Origin: Chrysomallon squamiferum
Taxonomy: Eukaryota; Animalia; Mollusca
Direction: 5' to 3'
NCBI GenBank assembly: GCA_012295275.1
Contig: CM022676.1
Coordinates: 18,104,001 to 18,168,000, forward strand
Length of the DNA stretch: 64,000 nucleotides
Shown here: positions 1-13,063 of the stretch, piece by piece
Numbering within the stretch: position 1 is the stretch's first letter
Layout of the letters: the number at the start of each line of letters is the position of its first letter
Translations under genes and position numbers: made by a program
Notes under the pieces: model-generated
What the model saw: the letters and a program-made list of their open reading frames with translations, nothing else
Databases searched by the model: none
What the model was told of the DNA's origin: nothing

Positions 1-203
1 ATTAGGATACCTGTTTACAACTTAACACTTGGATGATGCTAATATGGTTAAAATTATTAAGTAGTAAGTACATGAAACTAATATACCACTACTACTAATA
101 GTAGTAGTCGTGGTAGTATTAGTAGTAACAATAAGTATTTAATGTAATGTTATATAATTATTCTTATTCTTTCTTTCTTCTTTTTTTACTTCTTTTTTTA
201 AAC

Positions 204-259
<56 letters not shown>

Positions 260-860
260 ATTATTTATTGTCATTAAATTAAATTTAATACTGTGATATC
301 TGATTAATTACTGACATAAATTCATAAACTAAGTTGTACTGGGAATTACTGGGAAGGTGTTATTAAATAACCATTTAACATCCGAGCCCACATACTGCTG
401 AGTTATGTAACTAAATGTAAACATGACAATTTTTCTCATGTCACACAAACATCTATCCTCATGGGTAAAATTTATTTCAATACAAAATCAGGAAAATTCG
501 TAATCATCGATCGCCTTAAAAGTTTATCGATTACCTGGCCTTGTCTGTAACTCTTACGTAGAGGAATCGCGTTTTGCTATCCTGAAATGTCAACACAATG
601 CCGAAAAGGAGACAACCTTCAAACATAATGCAGAAACGAGACCGCTTATAAAGAACTGCTACTCGTCGGTTTCGCTGCCACTTTGCGCCCTCTGACGACA
701 AAAGATCAATTCAGGTACAATAAAAGCGTGATTCTCCTGAAGGGAAAACCAATTCTACATGAGCTGTTTACAAACAGCTAGGTGTGGTTATTAGGTACTT
801 AACGCAGCTAAATGTTACGGTATTATCATAAGAGACCATTGAACCAGTTCACTGATGCGG
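1..860 (+). repeat. Non-coding segment paralogous to 42546-43312
   Basis: Collinear, roughly 80% similar by eye (GACATAAATTCATAAACTAAGTTGTACTG, AAAGATCAATTCAGG, GGGAAAACC-ATTCTACAT, CAGTTCACTGATGC occur in both). This copy has an extra ~411-698 segment; the other has an extra ~43009-43197 segment. Confidence 0.85.
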
Positions 861-1619
861 CAGTTTCACCTGGCGCGATGTTGATGTAAGTGTGCGTATG
901 TTTGCGTTATGTGTATCTACGTGCTGAAGAGTTTGTGTGTGGACTGTATCGTGGCTGCGTGAAACGTTCTGATGTTCTGATGATGATCTGCAGATGACAG
1001 CTCGTAGCTGGTGTCAAAAACCTGCAGTTAAAACACAGTGTTATATTACTGGGGTGCACTTCTGACGTGTGTATCTGTGTGTGTGTGTGTGTGCGTTTTT
1101 GTCGGTGTCTGTGTTTCTGTGTCTGAATGTATGTATATAGGGAAGGGTGGGGCAGTTCTTTCGCCCGAGGTATATTATGAATTGCAAGCAATGTAACAAG
1201 CAATGTAGTTAATCAACCATTTATATGTGAAGTATGGTGGCCATGAAAATAATGAAAACAACAAGGTTGTAAAAAAGTGAATTTTAAGGTGTAAAAACTG
1301 AGTGTTATTTTTCAAGTCCTGTAGAAAGAAGGTTAGTAATATAACCAATTTTTAAGTTCAGCAGAAGAAACTAGAGTAATAATTTACTCCACATATTTGG
1401 TGGTAAAATCCATAGTTTTGGCATTGATATAGTCCATTCTGAGTTTATTTAAGTTGTTTGAAACAACTGAAAATCCACGGTTCATCCCTTGAGGCACGTT
1501 GTCAAGAGGTCTGAAGAAAACGTTGAGGTAAATCCAAGCTGGTTCAGACTTGAAACATTTTCAATAGTACATGTATTATGACTAATTAGTATTAGATACA
1601 TCATGAATAGGGGAAAGAT

Positions 1620-1920
1620 TTACTACTAATACTACCCGTACTATTTCCAGTACTACTATTATTTCTTGCCCTACTATTTCCAGTACTATTATTAATACTA
1701 GCTCTTCTATTTCCAGTACTACTACTATTATTAGCTCTATTTCCAGTTATACTATTAATATTTCCAGTATTATTATTAGTATCCCAACTATTTCCCAGTA
1801 CGACTACTACTATTGTTACTAACCCTACTATTTCCAGTACTACTATTATTACTAGCCCTACTATTTCCAGTACTTCTATTATTACTAGCTCTGCAATTTC
1901 CTTTACTACTATTATTACGT
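1620..1920 (+). repeat. Degenerate ~33-bp minisatellite (CTACTATTTCCAGTACTACTATTATTACTAGCC-like)
   Basis: About 8 recurrences of the CTATTTCCAGT core. An inverted copy of the unit lies at ~2650-2690. Confidence 0.85.
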
Positions 1921-1987
1921 TTACCTAAGTTATCTTGATATTCCACTTAATTTACCTTAATTACCTGATGACCGACATCACGTGGTA

Positions 1988-2613
1988 TGAGAAAGGAAAG
2001 GTAAATTATCTGAGCGGAGCAAGGATTTGAACTCCAAGCAGCCAGCGTAGCGAGCGTGAACTCTAACCACGACACCATCCGATCTCGGACAAGCAACATA
2101 CGAAAAGAACTTCTAGTCAATCCTGCGATCGATGTTGTGCAATCGATTTGGAGTTACCTCCCAACATGGCGATTATTTGTAGAAGCCGCCATTTTCGGAA
2201 TTTGCATAATATCCTGCAATACTATAATAATTCTATATATAACTTCCTGCAATAACGACATCATGTTTACTTTTAGAAACTATATAATGCAATTTTTTAA
2301 ATTTTATATAAATGTGTTTTTTTATTAAATATTTTATTTTATATGCTAAATATTAACGAATGTGTGGATTTATATTTAAAATAGTGAGATAAAATAAAAT
2401 GAAAATGACGGCTTCTGCAGATAATCGCCATGTTCGGAGATAAGCCAAAATGCACAAAATCGAACAACATCGCTCGCTGGATTGAGTAGAAGTTATTTTC
2501 ATATGGTGGTCGTCAGAGATCGGATGGTGCCGTGGTTCGCGTTCACGCTCGCTACGCTCGCTGCTTGGAGTTCGAATCCTCGCTCTCTCGGATAATTTAC
2601 ATTTGATTTCTCA
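1988..2613. mobile_element. Foldback/MITE-like element with ~210-bp inverted arms, each containing a tRNA-like A-box/B-box
   Basis: 1988-2196 is the imperfect reverse complement of 2401-2613. The right arm has TGGTGCCGTGG (2525-2535) and GAGTTCGAATCC (2568-2579); the left arm has GAGTTCAAATCC on the minus strand (2023-2034). Confidence 0.75.
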
Positions 2614-2829
2614 TTCCAAAATAGTAAAAACACTAACAGTAGTAGTTGAACTTGAAATAGTAGGGCTAGTAATAATAGTGGTACTGGAAAACGCACTGCT
2701 ATTTAGACACGTGAAATAAATAATAATAAATTTTGTTTTTATTTTATTTTAATTTTTATTAAAGCAAAAGCAGAAAATACAAAACAGTCGTGCGAAATTG
2801 GCAAATAACATAACAATGTTTATAATAAT

Positions 2830-4260
2830 ACAAAACCAGATAAATTTTGTGTTATAATCATTTGTTTTTCATATCTGGACACAAAACTAACAGTTTTATG
2901 GTTCACCATAGGTTGTTTACCTTTTCTTACAACTTCCACCTTTTTATCTCCTAACAAAGATTTGCAGGTGTCCATAGTTGGTTGATAAATGTTATATTCA
3001 TCAACAAGAATAATCTTTTTTATTCACACAGGACTCGAAACGAAATCGAGCGTCTTTACGTGCACGTCCAACTACAAATGATGGTGAAATCGTGAATTGT
3101 TCAATCATCCAATACGGTTTTACTGTTGTGGATTCTCCAATCAAGCAGAGAAAGGAACGTTCAGTATCACATTTTCGAAGAATGGTTACTATTTTTCCTG
3201 CAAATCTGATACTATCAATTTGAGCATGACGAAACCAATATGCTTTCTTCAGATTAACCCAAATCTAAATCATTCGGAGGTTCCCATGTTCTCAAATAGT
3301 CGATAATGGACACTTTTGGATCTACTGGAGAATTCACAATTTCAAGTTGTGACTTCAAAACTCTTTCAAATGAAAACTCACTATTGATAAATGTGAATCC
3401 ACCAAGTGGTTGATTTTCTCCAGGTATTGTACAAACTTCATTTGCTTCTTGTTTGTAATTTCTGACCCAAGTAATTAATTGTTCTCTGGTTGTTGCCACA
3501 CTAACAACTAATAATCTATTAGCTATTTCTGTCATTTTCATGCCTTCAGAACTTACTTTTAATTTTTAGCTTCCTCTTGTTCGGCAGCTTACACGACTTT
3601 TCTCTTCTCTTCTGTGGTGATAGCGCTGATAACTTTTTATGCATATCGAGGTGTCGTTCAAATTTTCGTTCAAAGGATTTTCCGCCAGTCTTCTTCATTG
3701 GTGAATCCACAATAATTTCATCCTCTGACAAAGGTTCTGGTGTTTTTTATCGGTGTTGTTGTTGAATCGCTTCATGCTCTCCTTTCAACGCGATGTACTG
3801 GGCAAGAATATCCGATGCAGTTGTCTCAGGTTTTCGCCGATCAGACTGAACGTTCTTCCTCCATTTACTCCATTCATCTTCTTCTTCTGAATCTTTTGAT
3901 CGTTCTTCAGGTGGTAGTATATTTCCCGGAGTTCGATCTAGCGTCATCACAGGTATTCACAGGTAACGACATCACACGATATTCAAACCAGAAGAGATAA
4001 ATCGTTAGATCCAATTAAGATGTATTGAATCGAACAAACGTTGGCAGAGGTAACGCTCAGACCAACTTTCTCAGCAAACTTCTTCATACCACGATACTGC
4101 TCGTCGTTTCCGACAGATGCTCCGTTACCGGTGTTATTGCATACGATGTGCATATGACGATTGTTTGATGGACAGTCATTTGACGTTTCTTCAGGTTGAT
4201 GAATTACCAGCAGAGTTTTCAAACACAACAGGTGCAACCTTTGGAGGTGCAGATACCAAA
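2830..4260 (-). pseudogene. NS1: Endogenous parvoviral (densovirus-like) NS1/Rep, frameshifted: HUH endonuclease plus SF3 helicase
   Basis: Minus-strand translation across frameshifts gives HUH motif HMHIV (4156-4142); degenerate Walker A GESTTVKP (3138-3115); FRFESCVNKK then, after a frameshift in the A run at 3016-3021, Walker B IILVDE (3014-2997); motif B' CKSLLGDKKVEVVRKGK (2966-2916); possible motif C MIITQN. Order and spacing match Parvoviridae NS1. Confidence 0.82.
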
Positions 4261-4695
4261 AGCAGCTTCAGTCGACCGATAAAATATTTATTAGCCAAAA
4301 CTGGGATTTTTGTTTATATGACAAATATTTATTAGCAGGAATTGCTATAACAGATTTATTGTTATTATTATTATAATTATTACTATTATTACTTATATGG
4401 TGCAGATTTCTCTATTTTAACACATTAATTTACTTTTACTTTTTTATATTAAAATAGATTAGTTGTATTATATATTATATTGTATTTTATGTGGTGAAAT
4501 ACAAAATAAGAAACAAAGAAACAAAGAAGAAATACAAATAAATAATAAATAAATAAATAAATTAATTAATTAAAACTAAACCATATTACTATAAATGAAG
4601 AGTACGTTTTTATCTGATTTATTTATTTAATATTTATTTATTTATTATTATCAATATTATTACAATAATAATTATTATTATTTTATTATTATTGT

Positions 4696-4739
4696 TCTTC
4701 TTCTTCTTCTTCTTCTTCTTATTATTATATATATGTATG

Positions 4740-4821
<82 letters not shown>

Positions 4822-4822
4822 C
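4696..4822. repeat. Compound microsatellite (CTT)n/(TA)n/(CA)n
   Basis: Directly visible. Confidence 0.95.
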
Positions 4823-5264
4823 AAGAAATAGTAAATATAGTGTTTGTCACGTCTGTGCTTAGGTCGCTTAGACACAGAACATGTACAAATAAAAGAGTGT
4901 CCCATATTTTCTGATTAACCATTACATTGCATTTTTCACGATCCTAGGTATAACGTTTCTTTTCGCCAATACTATTAGCACACTATTTTTATCTGACCTA
5001 CCTAACAGACACTTGTTAGCGATCAGTTTTTCATCTCTATACTGAGAGGAATAATGAAAAATACTTTACAGACAAAATAAGTAATGACAAATATATATAT
5101 TTAACACGTTTGAAACACATGCTACATTACACGGCACGCATTGTATGTAACAAAATATTTGCATGTATTTACCACTAAAGGTGGCGTGACCTGTACGACA
5201 TCTGATTTCAGTCACGTGTTTATGAGCAGACGACTTTGTAAACAGCGATACACAGAAGATATTT

Positions 5265-5360
5265 CAGTGACCTGTCAAACAGGACGTTGTCAGTTCCAGG
5301 AAAACACTCACCAAGCAAGGACGTACTTTCTTAGGCACACTGCCAATTTAAATTTTGAAG
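5265..5360 (+). other. Candidate non-coding first exon of the BACK-PHR gene (start approximate)
   Basis: Higher-complexity island ending in GAAG|GTATTT (GT at 5361). If joined to the acceptor at 6321-6322 it places an in-frame TGA upstream of the ATG at 6330. Confidence 0.35.
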
Positions 5361-5695
5361 GTATTTTGTATTTTATTGTAATTTACTATATGCCGTACTA
5401 TTATTACTTTGCTTAAATCAGATCAGGCATATTGAACTTGTAATCTATTTTGTCTAGGCTATACATTTTTTGTGCGAATGTTGTTAAACGATTTTTTTCC
5501 TTTTACCTGACACACTGGTTTATGAGAAATATCGAAAAATATTTAATAACTATAACACCAACAACAACAATAATTTTAAAAATAATAATAAAAAAAATAA
5601 AATAAATGTATCGTCATTATTATAATAATTATTATTATGTTAGTAGTAGTAGTAGCAGTTACAGTATCAGTAGTTTTAATACTATCAACTAAATA

Positions 5696-5977
5696 CAGGT
5701 ACCGGACGAATTATCCGGCATCCTTGGATTTTCCGGTCTTCTGGTACCAAGGCATCTAAGTTCGTAAATAATTAGTCAAAAATACTTTATAAAAATTAAA
5801 AAATTAAATTAAATAATTAAAGAAAATTGACGATAGACAACTGCGTCTTGATAGAGGAATTCCGGTATCGTGATGACAAAACCCGCGCGCACAAGGTATG
5901 AAAATTACGTCGAGAAAATGTTCTGGTTTTCTGGTCTTTCGGTAATTCAGGACGCCGGATAATTGTTCCAGTATCTG
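5696..5977. mobile_element. Tc1/mariner-pogo (Tigger-like) MITE, 282 bp
   Basis: Imperfect ~28-bp TIRs CAGGTACCGGACGAATTATCCGGCATCC and GGACGCCGGATAATTGTTCCAGTATCTG, with TA on both sides (5694-5695, 5978-5979). Confidence 0.85.
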
Positions 5978-6037
5978 TAGAGTTTAGTGTATCGTTTATA
6001 GTTTATACTCTATCTGATTACTTCCTTTTACTTTATT

Positions 6038-6125
<88 letters not shown>

Positions 6126-6329
6126 CATTACTGTTATTATTATTGAGTTATTGTTTTATATTTTTATTTGATTGATAACTATTTGATTTTATAATTACTT
6201 TTTATTAATTGTTTTGTATGAACTGTTACAGTTCCATGTGTGAACGATTTCTTTTTCCATTTCTGTCCCTACTCCATATAATTATTATGATTATTATTAT
6301 TATTATTATTATTTGTTTCCAGTGAAAAT

Positions 6330-7298
6330 ATGGCCACATCTTTTTCGACACGGAATGCGTGCGTAGTGCTGGAACAAGCCCATGTGTCTAAAGAACATGA
6401 ACTAATGAAAACAGTTCTGGACTATATTTTGAAAAATGGCGACGAAGTTTTGAAGTCAGATGAAGTCACCGATCTTTGTCACGAATGTCTGGTTGAGATC
6501 GTACGATCAGACGAACTGACAGCAGACGAGGAAAATGTTTTTGAAGCCGCTGTGAAGTGGGCTGAGAGCGCGTGCAGGAAGCAAGGGAAGGAGACGAGTG
6601 AAAAAAACATGCGCAAAGCACTGGGAGAGGTCGTGAAGCACGTGCGTTATCCATTACTCGATCAGACGTATTTTGTAAAACACGTGACACCCACTCACAT
6701 ACTCACTGAGACAGAAGAAAACAAAATTTTGAAACACTGGGTGAGCAGTGATGAAGATGTTTCACCTTTTAACTCAGAACTGAGAACTGCACTGATTAGC
6801 AAAACACAGGTTAAAATAAACAGGTTTGGTACAGTATTACCTATAACATTTGGACTATTTGGTGCCTGGTCATTTTATGGTGAAGAAGATGACGCCATTA
6901 CTTTCTCTATCAACAAAAACGCTTTTGTTCGCGGATTTCAGTTGTACGGCTACAACGAACCACAAAACTACGACGTCAGCGCCTTCATCACCGACACAAG
7001 AACAGACGAAATACTGAATGGGTCTACGCTGACACAGAGATATGAACACGTCGTGTCTAGAGTGTATGACGTCTTGTTCAGACATCCAGTGAAGATTATT
7101 AAAAACACTGAGTACAGCTTGTTTGTTAATATTAATGGAGGAGACACAGGGTGGGGATGTGAAGGTGAATCAGAAATTGTTGTAGACTCTTTTGTTTGTA
7201 GATTTTCTCAGTCACACAAATCTAAACACAGTCACAGACAACTTGGTCGTACACGTGTTACATACGGACAAATACCAGCTTTGTTATTTTTAGTGTAA
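6330..7298 (+). CDS. BACK-PHR domain protein (BTBD1/2/3/6-like family), 322 aa, no BTB domain in this exon
   Basis: BACK signature (NACVVLEQAH...EENVFEAAVKWAESAC...VRYPLL) and PHR signature (INRF...DAITFSINK...GFQLYG...GQIPALLF). Acceptor TTTGTTTCCAG ends at 6322. Confidence 0.88.
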   Translation: MATSFSTRNACVVLEQAHVSKEHELMKTVLDYILKNGDEVLKSDEVTDLCHECLVEIVRSDELTADEENVFEAAVKWAESACRKQGKETSEKNMRKALGEVVKHVRYPLLDQTYFVKHVTPTHILTETEENKILKHWVSSDEDVSPFNSELRTALISKTQVKINRFGTVLPITFGLFGAWSFYGEEDDAITFSINKNAFVRGFQLYGYNEPQNYDVSAFITDTRTDEILNGSTLTQRYEHVVSRVYDVLFRHPVKIIKNTEYSLFVNINGGDTGWGCEGESEIVVDSFVCRFSQSHKSKHSHRQLGRTRVTYGQIPALLFLV

Positions 7299-7948
7299 AA
7301 AACAACATCGTTCAAACACTGTCACTTTTAGTCATCACTGGGATCTCATATTTTATGTATTTATTATTTATTTATTATTTGTTTACTTATTTGTTTATTT
7401 ATTTATTTATTTATATTTCTTTGTTTTCGTATTGTATTTCTGATGACGTCATGCACACTCGATCTGAAATTAAGATTTCTAATGAACTGATTTCTGTCTA
7501 ACACGTGCATGCTGTATATAAACATCTCATTTCTTATTTATTATTATTACAGTTATTATTTATTTATTTATTTTATACCTTTTTGTTCTTTTTTTTTTTC
7601 TTGTCTATAAAGCATAATATGTAGATACATTGTATATGTATTACCTGGTTGTGAGGCATGAAAATAAGAACTGTTTTTTTATTTATTTTTCCATTTTCTT
7701 TTACTAGCAACTCTTTGTTTATTTATTTATGTATGAAATATAAATAAATGAAAACAGGTAAATACATTTTTATTTTTTATTATGAATTTTCACTTGATTT
7801 ATTTTTGTATTTAATTTGTGTTTAAAATGTAAACAGGTGACGTACAAAGATATGGAAATAAATGTGTCAGGTATTACTATTTACTTTTGTTATTTATTTA
7901 CTTGTTTCTTTTCTGCTCACATTGAGTAATAGTATATATATATGTGTA

Positions 7949-7982
<34 letters not shown>

Positions 7983-9561
7983 CACGTGTGTGTCTGTGAG
8001 TTTGCACACACACATACATACATATATACATACATACATACATACATACATACATACATACATACATACATACATACATACATACAAACAAATATGTGAA
8101 CGTTAAAAATTGGTCAAATTGTGATTTTTTCCACATATTTTTTTCCAAAATTATATTTGTATTTAAGAACGGTTTCAAGTAGAGTATGATTGTTAAGTGG
8201 CAGCTACAAACGACTTAAACAGGGTTTCGTAATTAACTACTACATCGGCACCATTTCAGATTCCTGTCCAGCTACTGTTAAACTGTTATGAACAAAACAG
8301 TGACTAATCTCGATGCTTTCTACCGGGTGTAAATTCCAGAACAAAATAACAATTTATATAGTAATTAGTATTGTTAAAAGCGGCACACAATTTTTCCAGT
8401 GCGATTTCTTCTTAAACGCTGACTGCAATTTACACGTAGTTAGGTAACCTAGCTACCGTTTTGTCTCTGTTTATATACATATATATATATATAAATATAT
8501 AAATATATAAATATAAACATACAGACACAAAAAAACACCACAATAACACAGGAGGTATCTATGTACCCGTCACATTTGTTTTGCTCAAACAGAGCAGTAT
8601 TCGCTCAGTCTTAAATATATCTCCACACACAAACACAGACAAATACACACACATGGATACACACACATAAACACATGCATACACACAAACACACACATAC
8701 ACACACATGCATACACACATACATACACACATGCATGCACACATACAGACATCCATAGAAAAGTATTCGCTCAAACACACTACTATTCGCTCAATCTTAA
8801 ATATATCTGCACACACACACACACATACGCACAAACACACACATACACACACATACAGACAAACACACACATATACACACAAATGCATACACACATACAC
8901 AGATGCATAGAGAGATAGCGATACAAAGTCATAGAGATAAACAAACCTTTTTTTTTTGTAAACAAAAGAAAATAAAAAGGTTAGAAACGCTTATCAAAGC
9001 AAAATCAAAGTTTGAAATTCTGTAAGGTGATCTTCTGTATATCAAATGGATTATCTATCTTTGTCACAGTGTGTTTCTTTGTCTGTATGTCTGTGTGTGT
9101 GTGTGTGGGTGGGTGTGGGTGTGGTACACTAAAATGAGAATACATATCTTGTTTCACACATTAACACAACATATGTACAACTAGAGACAGCCCTTGCAAA
9201 CAATAAGCCACTTTCTTCCATTATCTTAATATTATTTTGTTTTATGCAGATTTACACCACATATCGATATTTTGAACAAAAAGTTTTGTCGCACCACACT
9301 GTATGAAAATCATGACTATAAAAACATTCTACAGGCCAGTATGAATAATACAAGTTATCGCTTCGCTTGTATTCATAATCAATATGCAATATTATTGAAA
9401 TAAAATACCATTTATTACTAAGTAAATGATATGGTATTGGTAGTATTAGTAATAATAATATAGCCATGTAGTTCATTATCCAATTAATTAATTATTAATA
9501 TTATTTCCTATCTAAGAAATTGTTAAACCATTTAATATTAAAAAATGTATATATAACTACA

Positions 9562-9695
<134 letters not shown>

Positions 9696-10107
9696 CTTCA
9701 TTAAAAAAAATACATAAACACATAAATAAAAAGATTTCCAATATGACTGAAATTAAAAACCATTAATTGATAAGTAAATTGTATAGCATTGGTAGTAATA
9801 GCAATAATAATATCGCCATAAGGTTCATTATCTAATTAATTAATTATGTAAGCGATCATATTTTACATATTTGTCAGAAAACTCTGGATAACGTTTACAT
9901 TACATGACATCATTCAGTGGGAGCATAGCAGCAGAACAGTTTTGTAAAGTTAGTTTAACAACTATTTCATTGATATTATTTTCCTATCTAAGAAACTGCC
10001 AAGGTGTTTAACATTATAATGTGTTCAGTGTTGCTGTTGGATCTCCGTCTATTTGTCTGTGTGTCCATCTTAATGAATTTTATTTCTCACCGTTAATTTC
10101 AACAAAT

Positions 10108-10796
10108 CTCAGTACCGGCCCTGTCACCCTCACCTTAGATTATTGTGAATCAGTCCCTTGTTCAAGCTAACTTCAACATGAAGAGTAAACAGAAGACAAA
10201 ACCTAATCTCTAACACCTGCATTTAAAACACATGTCTAAGACCTCAAGTGAGGTATCAAATTAAATGTTAAGTCACGTTTTCAATATCTCGGGTACTTTT
10301 TTATTTTATTTGTTTTAACATTACAGTTCTCTTACTCTTCCTTTATTATTTATTCGTTCGTTCATTCATTCATTCATTATTTATTTATTTATTCCTATGT
10401 TTTTCTTTACTTATTATCAACATAAAATCAATCTGTCACAATAGTAAGTATGTACTGTATTTGTGTAGTGATGTGTAACATTTATTTTCGTTGTGTGCAC
10501 GTATCAATGAGACGGAATATATACACACACATACATACGCACAGTCAGACATATATGTATGTACATATTATCGAAGTTGTTGTTACCATACTTGTTACGT
10601 TGAATCTCGAGTATGTGTCTATGTCTATGTGTGTATGTCCACGTGCATCTGTATGTGAAAGGATTTGTATTGTAAACTTTTTAGAAAGATGTCGCAATAT
10701 TTACTTTTAGCACTGCAAACATCATATCTCTCTGCTTACAGGTGACGAAGTGTTAGAAAACTGAAATGAAATAGAACACATATCAAAAATAAATAA

Positions 10797-10848
<52 letters not shown>

Positions 10849-11664
10849 ATACATACATAAATAAACAAATAAATAAATAAATACATAAACAAACAAAATA
10901 AAACAAAATGTAATAGAGATATATGGTTTCCTTAGTCATGCTAAAAGCACTGAAGCCTCAGTACCGGCCCTGTTCCCCTCCTCTCTGATTATTGTGAATC
11001 AGTCCCTTGATCCAACTAACTCGAGCGTGCACAGCAAACAAAACGCGAAATATGATTTTGCAACACCGCAATTTAAAACACGTATCTACAGACCTCCTGT
11101 GAGGTATCCAGTTTAGTATCTAGACACGTCAATCATTGCGTTTTGCTATTTGTTCGGATTAATGATAGAGGAGGTCAAAGAACAACCTTCTTGTCTGAGA
11201 ACATAACTTTTTGTACAATGCGTCCAGCAGTAATAATAATACAAAAAGAAAAAATAATAATAATAACGGCTTGAGGCACACTAGATAAACAATATGTAAG
11301 TTAAAAAAATTAGAGAAAACAAAACGTGCAGCACAAATTGAAAATAGAAAATAATATAGCATAAATTCAAACTGCGCAACTGATCTAATTCAGTAAATGT
11401 TTTTATTGTCAGTCGATAAATTATATTTATTTTCCAATCTAACTTAATTATTATATATCAAGTATTGTTACAAATACAGCTGCTTTGTAATTTGTTTGTG
11501 TACCACATTTTGAGAAGAAAAGATAAAAAATTATGTCATTAACACTAGTACATTGAAAATTATACATAATTATTTTCTAAGCATTTTAATATAACACGTT
11601 GGCAAAAATGAATCTTATAATGTATAATGTTTTTATGAAAAACAATACATATAATAATAATAAC

Positions 11665-11695
<31 letters not shown>

Positions 11696-11815
11696 TTTTC
11701 TTGTGAATACTATGTAGCTATATAAACATAGAGAAAATTGTATATGTATGTAAAACCTGCGCAATGAATGAAAGCTTTACAGATAGTGAAAAGAAGACTA
11801 CAAAAATTCAGTTGT

Positions 11816-11865
<50 letters not shown>

Positions 11866-12254
11866 ACCGGCCCTGTCACCCGCCTCCTAGATCATTGTGA
11901 ATCAGCCCCTTGTTCGAACCTAACTTGAAAGTGCACAGTAAACAAAAGACAAAATATAATCTCTTACATCAAGATTTAAAACACGAGTCTAAGATCTCTA
12001 GTGATGTATCATGTATTGATCAAACTAACTCGAGCGTGCACAGCAAAGAAAAGGCGAAATATGATTTGTAAAACCGCGATTTAAAACACGTGTCTACAGA
12101 CCTCTTGTGAGGTTTCCAGCTTAGAACCTAGTCATATTTTTCAGATTATCTATTATTTGCCTTTTGTGGTTTGTAGGAATTAATGAGAGAGGAGATCAAA
12201 GATCATCCATAATATCTGAGAAAAGAACATTTTATACAATGCGTCATATAGTAA

Positions 12255-12292
<38 letters not shown>

Positions 12293-12600
12293 ATAATAAT
12301 AATAATAATATTCAAAAAACAACAAACAACAAAAACAACAAACAAGTAGAATACAAACTGAAAATAAGAAATGATTTAGCATAAATTCAAACTGCGTAAA
12401 TAATCAAATTTTGTAAATGTTATTACTATCGATCGATAAAATTAAATTAATTTCCCAGTATAACACATAATTATTATATATCAACTATTGTTAGCAATAC
12501 AGCTACTTTGTAATCTGTTTGTCTATCACGTTTTGAGAAAAAAAAATAATGAGTTCCCGTAATACCTTGAAAATTATACGTAATTTAAAACGTTGCCAAT
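10108..12600 (+). repeat. Local ~150-170-bp module starting CTCAGTACCGGCCCTGT at 10108, 10957 and 11860, plus a partial copy at ~12017
   Basis: Shared ATTGTGAATCAG-CCCTTG, ATTTAAAACAC--GTCTA and GTGAGGTATC blocks. 11010-11570 is also duplicated at 12017-12580. Confidence 0.85.
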
Positions 12601-12983
12601 CAAGTTATTTCTCTGGTTGTTGTAATGGTTGAAACAAAGACGCTACGTTTATAATTTGTTATGTATAACTAATTAATTTGATAAAATGACTGTCAAAGTC
12701 TGTAACAATATATTAATAACAGACACAACAACTGGTTTGTATATGAACAGTGTAAAATAATACACTTCACCCCGCCAAAAATAAATCTTGTTTAAACTTG
12801 AACACTTAACTGGCGAGTATTGTCTCTTTTAAATTGTGCGAATGAAAAAGGATACACAAATAATATTAATAATCAAAATACTTTTCGGTGAATATTACAT
12901 AAATATTTTATAATCGTAACCACTCAGCAAGTAAGGCACCAAATAATCCACCAAATAATGATAAGATAAAGAGGAAGATACAG

Positions 12984-13063
<80 letters not shown>

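Noticed and set aside
1988-2613. Inverted repeat as a parvoviral terminal hairpin or as genuine tRNA genes
   Set aside because: The arms are diverged, carry Pol III boxes and mirror a host-like minisatellite; I could not fold a convincing cloverleaf.
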